21,933 nt of DNA from a virus. Its lineage: Duplodnaviria > Heunggongvirae > Uroviricota > Caudoviricetes. The notes below the pieces were generated by a model that was not told where the DNA came from, searched no databases, and saw only the letters and a list, made by a program, of their open reading frames with translations. Location: IMG/VR virus record IMGVR_UViG_3300046534_001355; one strand, given 5' to 3'. Shown one piece after another: positions 14,397 to 21,933 of the stretch (the first letter of the stretch is position 1; every line of letters starts with the position of its first letter). The position numbers and the translations under genes are program-made.

Positions 14397-17255
14397 ATGA
14401 GCACGAAATTTAAAACCGTTATCACTACTGCCGGAGCCGCAAAGCTGGCAGCCGCCACTGTCCCCGGCGGGAAAAAAGTAACCCTGTCTGCAATGGCCGT
14501 GGGTGACGGTAATGGCAAATTGCCGGTGCCGGATGCTGGTCAGACGAAACTGGTGCATGAGGTCTGGCGTCACGCCCTGAATAAAGTCAGCGTGGATAAC
14601 AAGAATAAAAACTATATCGTGGCTGAACTGGTTGTACCGCCAGAAGTGGGCGGCTTCTGGATGCGTGAACTTGGTCTGTATGACGATGCCGGAACACTGA
14701 TTGCGGTCGCTAACATGGTAGAAAGCTATAAGCCTGAACTGGCTGAAGGCTCCGGGCGTGCGCAGACCTGCCGCATGGTTATTATTGTCAGTAACGTGGC
14801 GTCTGTTGAGCTGAGTATTGATGCCAGCACGGTGATGGCGACGCAGGATTACGTCGATAAAGCCATATCCAGTTTTCATCGTACTGTCATTGATGATGTG
14901 GTTCTTCAGCATAAAGTTGTCCACGATATTGACTACGCCGGGATTTTTGACGGTGCGGATAATATGAGTCAGGGGTTCTGTATCTGTGATACGCCGCAGG
15001 GAACCAGAATGTTTCTGCATCAGCCTGTATCGGGTGGCGTAAGGATTGTTGAAACGACATTTAACCCTGACGGAGAAAACGAAAACCCGACGGTCATTTC
15101 GTTTTCTCCCGTTTTCGCTGATATTGGTCACCAGAGTATCGGGGCTGTATGTGAAGACGGTCGCGTGATGCTGTATACCCCGACCGCTGACGGCAAGGGT
15201 GTGAATATCATCAACTGGAATGGGGCTGACACCAGTCTGACAGATGTCACCCGTACGGAGATTTTCACCTCTGACTTTTTTACCGGGGATGAAATTATAA
15301 CGGTGGCATTGTCGGTAGACGGAAGCCTGTTGATTGTTCAGTCAAGTAATGAAGCCGTCCATCTTCATTACAACAGGGATGACCGCCGCACAGTTTATGT
15401 TTTCGATCGCGCTTCTCTGACGTTTAAACACCGGATTTATCTGTCCACCCAGTCAATGGTGTCGCAGGCATTTCAGGGGATGGCCAGCGATGGTCATTAT
15501 CTGTTTGCTTATTACGGTTATACAGGCGTATTTCTGACTCACCGCATTGTTGTATATAACCTGTCAACGGGCGAAGTTGTCAGACAGTTCAATGTGGATG
15601 GCGTTCGTGCCAGGTATGGCCGCCAGAAAATGCTGGGGAATGCAGAGCTGGGGTATCCCGTTTTGCAGGAAGCCGAAGGGCTGGCTCTTCATAACGGAAA
15701 ACTGTATCTGCTCGATATGGATTTCTGGTGTCAGACAGCAGATGTGGTTTCTTTTGAGGGGGCATACTTTGCAGCACGTGCAACAAATTTTTCTGGCCGT
15801 TCCCCGGTGAATCCATCTTACTGCACGCCTACAGCATATGGAACGGCGGCTGCAACGAAATATGATGCCACGAAGTCTTATACGTGTGGCGTGGCGACAA
15901 AACGCAGCAAAGCTGTGGTTTCCGTGGAGGCTTACGACGGCACAGGCTATCTGGTGGACTCCGGCGTGGCGTTTCCTGACAGCCATGCTAGCCTTTTTCT
16001 GAGTCCCAATGCTGTAAATATTGCCCTGTCACCCAATGAAGACTTCCAGGTGGCAGCCTATGAGCAGAATCTGCGCTCGCATCGCCCGTTATTTGAGGTC
16101 AGAAAGGAGGCTCCGGATACAGACACTTCTGCTGCTGTTTTTCGTTTGTACGGGGATGCGTTCCGAACCGGAGAATACACAGGCCGCTTCGTTCAGTGGA
16201 AACACCGACTGAACACCGTGCACGATTGTCTGGAAATACGCGCTGACGTGGATTTGTTGAGCGGTGGCGGGATTAACCTTTACTCAATGAACGATACTCA
16301 GTCGGCGGGGCGCACAAGGCTTTATTGTACCGATGGCAGTGAGACCTGGTCTGTATTATTGAGTCCGGTCTCGCCGGCATTTCATCCCGACCAGGACAAG
16401 GCAATGAATCTGGGGTCATCGCCAAATCGCTGGAATGTGGCATACCTGCAGGGCGTGAATATTAAATCGGATGACGAAACCCAGAAGCGCATGGCCATCA
16501 GCACCACGCTGAAGGCGGGAGCTTTCCAGGTATCAACAGCCGGGAATCTGGGTATTTATGACGATTCTGCTGACGCTTATGTAATTGCAGCCCGTAGTGA
16601 CGGCACTGCATTCATGCAGATGGATACAGATATTAACGGTGCATTCCGGCCATCGGTTAACAATACCAGCGACCTGGGTGCGCCCAACAAAGCGTTCCGG
16701 AGCGTGTATCTCTGCAACTCGCCGACCGTTGTGTCGGATGCGACGTTAAAGGATACACCGCGCGATGCGACGGCAGCCGAAAACGCGGCATTTGCAGAAA
16801 TAGCACGGCTTCCGGGCGTGTGGCGCTGGTTACAGAGAATTGAGGAGGAGGGCGAGGACGCGCGTCTGCACGCCGGGCCGACAGTCCAGGCCGCGATAGC
16901 GGTGATGGAGAAACACGGTCTGGACTGGCGGAAATACAGCGCATTTTGTCTGGATTCGTGGGAAGCGGAGGAGGCACAGTACGAAGATATACCGGAAGAG
17001 TATGAAGATATTCCGGTTCAGCCAGCGATTTATTCGGATGAAGGGGAGCTGTTGAGCGGGACAACTCGTGTGCTTACCCGACAGGCGGAAAGGGTTCTTG
17101 TTCGCCCTGCAACCGAAGCAGGAAGCCGTTATCGCTTCCGGAAAGAGGAGCTTCTCTGGTGGTGTCTACGTGCTGTTGTCAGCCAGGTGGATTTGTTAAT
17201 GGAACGCTTTGTTGACTTAAATCGTCGTTTGATGAAGTTGGAGACTTCAGAATAA
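14397..17255 (+). CDS. H: Tail fibre protein H, extended (952 aa) with divergent distal part and possible C-terminal intramolecular chaperone
   Basis: N-terminus MSTKFKTVITTAGAAKLAAA typical of P2-type H; much longer than P2 H (about 669 aa); C-terminal region contains VVSDATLKD resembling the S-D-x-R/L-K autoproteolysis motif; no separate G gene follows. Confidence 0.8.
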   Translation: MSTKFKTVITTAGAAKLAAATVPGGKKVTLSAMAVGDGNGKLPVPDAGQTKLVHEVWRHALNKVSVDNKNKNYIVAELVVPPEVGGFWMRELGLYDDAGTLIAVANMVESYKPELAEGSGRAQTCRMVIIVSNVASVELSIDASTVMATQDYVDKAISSFHRTVIDDVVLQHKVVHDIDYAGIFDGADNMSQGFCICDTPQGTRMFLHQPVSGGVRIVETTFNPDGENENPTVISFSPVFADIGHQSIGAVCEDGRVMLYTPTADGKGVNIINWNGADTSLTDVTRTEIFTSDFFTGDEIITVALSVDGSLLIVQSSNEAVHLHYNRDDRRTVYVFDRASLTFKHRIYLSTQSMVSQAFQGMASDGHYLFAYYGYTGVFLTHRIVVYNLSTGEVVRQFNVDGVRARYGRQKMLGNAELGYPVLQEAEGLALHNGKLYLLDMDFWCQTADVVSFEGAYFAARATNFSGRSPVNPSYCTPTAYGTAAATKYDATKSYTCGVATKRSKAVVSVEAYDGTGYLVDSGVAFPDSHASLFLSPNAVNIALSPNEDFQVAAYEQNLRSHRPLFEVRKEAPDTDTSAAVFRLYGDAFRTGEYTGRFVQWKHRLNTVHDCLEIRADVDLLSGGGINLYSMNDTQSAGRTRLYCTDGSETWSVLLSPVSPAFHPDQDKAMNLGSSPNRWNVAYLQGVNIKSDDETQKRMAISTTLKAGAFQVSTAGNLGIYDDSADAYVIAARSDGTAFMQMDTDINGAFRPSVNNTSDLGAPNKAFRSVYLCNSPTVVSDATLKDTPRDATAAENAAFAEIARLPGVWRWLQRIEEEGEDARLHAGPTVQAAIAVMEKHGLDWRKYSAFCLDSWEAEEAQYEDIPEEYEDIPVQPAIYSDEGELLSGTTRVLTRQAERVLVRPATEAGSRYRFRKEELLWWCLRAVVSQVDLLMERFVDLNRRLMKLETSE

Positions 17256-17389
17256 ACAAGCCTTAATGAGTATCTGCTTAAAATAGTGTTATCTACAGAT
17301 CAAACTTTAGTTGATACGAGTCACTGTCCTCCCCGTAACAACTGGAGTTAAAAGATGTGATGGCATATAAATATAACATCAAATAATTA

Positions 17390-17427
17390 TTTTTTTTGCC
17401 CCTCACCCTTAATTTAGGGTGAGGGGC
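17390..17427. other. Strong stem-loop (12-bp arms GCCCCTCACCCT / AGGGTGAGGGGC, 6-nt loop) preceded by T8, between convergent H and GT2 genes
   Basis: Perfect inverted repeat; the T-run is 5' of the stem on the plus strand (A-run 3' on minus), so it is not a canonical hairpin-then-U terminator for either strand. Confidence 0.5.
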
Positions 17428-17466
17428 GTCAGATACAAAGTTAGGAGTATCTGTAGTTAAGTGTTT

Positions 17467-18814
<1,348 letters not shown>

Positions 18815-19092
18815 TATGCAACCTCTAACGTTAATAATGTTTATGAATATTCAGAATGCTATCTCATAACATGAAGCATTATATCTGAACATTGTGACAT
18901 GATTTAATGAAGTCATCAGCACATCATGCTGCAATGCATTGCAGTATAACTAACACGAGGGATTGTTTGCATGGTGATAGTTTTGTTGGTGATAAAATCA
19001 GCATAATTAAATATGTTGGCGTACATTTTGAACATTTTTAAGCAAAGCAAATTATAAGTATAAAAATAGTTAATGTGAAGTTGTACTCATGT

Positions 19093-19122
19093 AAAAAGCC
19101 CCGCATTCTCTCGAAGGCGGGG
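19093..19122 (-). terminator. Putative rho-independent terminator (minus-strand transcript)
   Basis: Stem CCCCGC / GCGGGG with 12-nt loop; on the minus-strand RNA the hairpin is followed by CUUUUU. Confidence 0.4.
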
Positions 19123-19211
19123 AAGATTTGAAAATTAATGGTACAAATTGACGATTTCATATTCTATTCTGTATTAGAATAAAAGTGAATATAATTATTT
19201 ATTTTAGGTGA

Positions 19212-19243
19212 TTTTTTAAAAAAAGCCCGTGGAAGCAACGGGC
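19212..19243 (-). terminator. Putative rho-independent terminator (minus-strand transcript)
   Basis: Stem GCCCGT / ACGGGC with 7-nt loop; on the minus-strand RNA followed by U7. Confidence 0.45.
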
Positions 19244-19856
19244 ATAAAACGCGGAATTGATTAAGATCTGTATAATTTAATTTTCTGATTCTATCATGCA
19301 TATCATTCACAGTGAAGTTGGTAATTTAGTAAAACTAGTGATAATGCCACTCGGTTTGATAACAAGAGAAACCACAGCGTGGTTTCGTCGAACAGTTTAT
19401 GAAGGATATTCCCCCCAAATATACACTCGCTTTGTGCTGTAGCAGCGCAGATGCTGGTTGCTATTCTTACCGGGAACTGGGCTTACAAGGCAATAGTAGT
19501 GTGACATTCTTCATCGCGCACGTGCATATCCTGGCTGAAAATCGATGGATAGAAAATATCCGCAAAGGGAAGCGGAGCAGCATACCGTGGTGGGGGCACA
19601 TGTATGGGGTGTTGGAAGTCTGATGGATTTCTTTGTACCAGACAGCTTGTATTTTCATCTTTTCTTTGTTTCTTTGCAGGTAATTATGAGTAGCAACAAA
19701 TCCTGAATGGCTGGGTATACCGCAATAAATAGAGGCGGGCAAGTTGCCCACTTTTTCTTTATCTGTTGTTTCATCCACTGCCCAGCCAGGTCAAATAGCG
19801 TCTCATGCTTCGCACAACAGAAAATAGTTGCACCCATTAACCACGGAGTTAAACGG

Positions 19857-21047
19857 ATGAGTGACTATCATCACGGCGTGCAGGTGCTGGAGATTAACGA
19901 CGGCACCCGCGTCATTTCCACCGTATCCACGGCCATTGTCGGCATGGTCTGCACGGCCAGCGATGCGGATGCGGAAACCTTCCCCGTCAATAAACCGGTG
20001 CTGATTACCAATGTACAGAGCGCAATTGCAAAGGCCGGTAAAAAAGGCACGCTGGCGGCGTCGTTGCAGGCTATCGCCGACCAGTCAAAACCGGTCACTG
20101 TTGTCGTGCGTGTGGAAGACGGCACCGGCGACGACGAGGAAACGAAACTCGCGCAGACCGTTTCCAATATCATCGGCACCACTGACGAAAACGGTCAGTA
20201 CACCGGACTGAAAGCCCTGATGGGGGCTGAGTCGGTTACCGGCGTTAAACCGCGCATTCTTGGTGTGCCGGGGCTGGACACCAAAGAGGTTGCCGTCGCA
20301 CTGGCATCGGTATGCCAGGAACTGAATGCATTCGGGTATATCAGCGCATGGGGCTGTAAAACCATTTCCGAGGCAAAAGCCTACCGTCAGAATTTCAGCC
20401 AGCGTGAGCTGATGGTCATCTGGCCGGATTTCCTCGCATGGGATACGGTTACCAGTACCACTGCCACCGCGTATGCCACCGCCCGTGCGCTGGGGCTGCG
20501 TGCCAAAATCGACCAGGAGCAGGGCTGGCATAAAACGCTGTCCAACGTCGGGGTAAATGGTGTTACCGGCATCAGCGCCTCTGTATTCTGGGATTTGCAG
20601 AAGTCCGGCACTGATGCTGACCTGCTTAACGAGTCAGGCATCACTACGCTGATTCGCCGCGACGGCTTCCGCTTCTGGGGTAACCGTACCTGCTCTGATG
20701 ACCCGCTGTTCCTCTTTGAAAGCTACACCCGCACCGCGCAGGTACTGGCCGACACGATGGCCGAGGCGCACATGTGGGCTATTGATAAGCCAATTACCGC
20801 AACGCTGATTCGTGACATCATTGATGGCATTAATGCCAAATTCCGCGAACTGAAAAACAACGGTTATATCGTGGATGGCACATGCTGGTTCAGTGAAGAA
20901 GCCAATGATGCGGAAACCCTCAAGGCCGGAAAACTGTATATCGACTACGACTATACCCCGGTGCCTCCTCTCGAAAACCTGACCCTGCGCCAGCGTATTA
21001 CTTCCAGATACCTGGCAAGTCTGGTTACCTCGGTTAACAGCAATTAA
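19857..21047 (+). CDS. FI: Tail sheath protein FI (396 aa)
   Basis: Start at MSDYHHGVQVLEINDG (ATG 19857, GGAG upstream), not the track start 19707; length and sequence match P2 gpFI as I recall it. Confidence 0.9.
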   Translation: MSDYHHGVQVLEINDGTRVISTVSTAIVGMVCTASDADAETFPVNKPVLITNVQSAIAKAGKKGTLAASLQAIADQSKPVTVVVRVEDGTGDDEETKLAQTVSNIIGTTDENGQYTGLKALMGAESVTGVKPRILGVPGLDTKEVAVALASVCQELNAFGYISAWGCKTISEAKAYRQNFSQRELMVIWPDFLAWDTVTSTTATAYATARALGLRAKIDQEQGWHKTLSNVGVNGVTGISASVFWDLQKSGTDADLLNESGITTLIRRDGFRFWGNRTCSDDPLFLFESYTRTAQVLADTMAEAHMWAIDKPITATLIRDIIDGINAKFRELKNNGYIVDGTCWFSEEANDAETLKAGKLYIDYDYTPVPPLENLTLRQRITSRYLASLVTSVNSN

Positions 21048-21059
21048 GGAGCCTGACCG

Positions 21060-21839
21060 ATGGCAATGCCGCGCAAACTCAAGTTAATGAACGTCTTTCT
21101 GAACGGCTACAGCTATCAGGGCGTTGCAAAGTCCGTCACGCTGCCAAAACTGACCCGTAAGCTCGAAAACTATCGCGGTGCGGGGATGAACGGCAGCGCA
21201 CCGGTAGACCTCGGCCTTGATGACGATGCGCTGTCAATGGAGTGGTCGCTCGGTGGATTCCCGGATTCGGTTATCTGGGAGCTTTACGCCGCAACCGGTG
21301 TGGATGCCGTGCCGATTCGTTTTGCAGGCTCTTACCAGCGCGACGATACAGGCGTAACGGCAAAGTGGTTACACACCAAAGACCCGAAACCGCAAAAGCA
21401 GAAGGTAAAACTGAAACGCAAAAAGAAAGAGAAACACCTGCGCGCACTGGAGCACCCGAACGCGAAACCGGTCAGGCAGAAGAAAGCGCCTAAAGTACCG
21501 GAAGCGCGTGAAGGTGAATACATGGCCGGTGAGGCTGACAACGTTTTTGCCCTGACCACGGTATATGCCACGAAAGCGCAGGCCATGCGCGCCGCTCAGG
21601 CGAAGTGGGATAAGCTGCAACGGGGCGTTGCGGAGTTCTCCATCAGTCTGGCTACCGGTCGTGCTGATATTTACACGGAAACACCGGTTAAAGTGTCAGG
21701 CTTTAAGCGCGTCATAGACGAGCAGGACTGGACAATCACTAAGGTGACACATTTTCTGAATAATAGCGGCTTCACGACGTCCCTGGAGCTTGAGGTCAGG
21801 CTTTCTGATGTGGAGTACGAAACAGAAGATGATGAGTGA
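21060..21839 (+). pseudogene. Chimeric ORF: tail tube FII N-terminal 98 codons fused in frame to the C-terminal part of tail protein D
   Basis: Residues 1-98 (MAMPRKLKLMNVFLNGYSYQ...SYQRDDTG) match FII; from VTAKWLHTKDPKPQKQ... to ...LELEVRLSDVEYETEDDE resembles the C-terminal third of gpD; junction at about nt 21353; ogr follows directly, as after D in P2. Confidence 0.6.
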
Positions 21840-21920
21840 TGTTTTTATTTTATCTGTTTGTTTTATAAGGATAATTTAACTAAAATGGCACCATCAACCA
21901 AACCGGAAGAGGTGCTCGCG

Positions 21921-21933
21921 ATGTTTCATTGTC
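21921..21933 (+). CDS. ogr: ogr late-gene activator, 5' end only (MFHC...)
   Basis: ATG TTT CAT TGT at the window edge, matching the N-terminus of P2 Ogr as I recall it (MFHCPLC...) and the expected position after D; only 4 codons visible. Confidence 0.45.

Noticed and set aside
12053-15131. Numerous minus-strand ORFs (up to 254 aa) inside V, W, J, I and H
   Set aside because: These lie opposite strongly supported, P2-length structural genes; long antisense ORFs are expected in GC-rich coding sequence.
19399-19837. Small ORFs (74 aa plus strand; 103 and 60 aa minus strand) upstream of FI
   Set aside because: Mutually overlapping, no RBS or motifs; the region may instead hold the FI late promoter or remnants of a Z/fun-type gene. 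No TGT-N12-ACA Ogr site was found there.
20011-20644. Alternate-frame and antisense ORFs within FI
   Set aside because: Embedded in the well-supported tail sheath gene.
21242-21620. Alternate-frame ORFs within the FII-D chimeric ORF
   Set aside because: The main frame carries recognisable FII and D sequence; the others are arginine-rich frame artefacts.

Overview
The window is essentially one P2-like (Peduovirus-type) prophage of an enterobacterial host, running from the left attachment core (about 55-81) through int, C, cox, B, A, cos, the baseplate and tail-fibre genes, FI, to the first codons of ogr at the window edge. The backbone is internally deleted and probably defective: the capsid, terminase and lysis block between Q and V is missing, and FII is fused in frame to the 3' part of D, removing E, T and U. 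Three visibly AT-rich cargo islands sit in the gaps. (1) Between A and cos, where P2 carries tin/old, is a three-gene overlapping operon: a lipase-like alpha/beta hydrolase, a small protein, and an SMC/Rad50-like ABC ATPase with a CxxC hook. This is the best candidate for the system of interest and has Lamassu-like (effector-LmuC-LmuB) architecture with an unusual esterase/lipase effector. (2) At the Q-V deletion junction is an orphan three-TM membrane protein gene. (3) Between H and FI is a frameshifted GT2 glycosyltransferase gene carrying about 30 copies of a CTGG tetranucleotide repeat, a candidate phase-variable contingency locus. All protein identifications rest on motifs and remembered family sequences, not on database searches.
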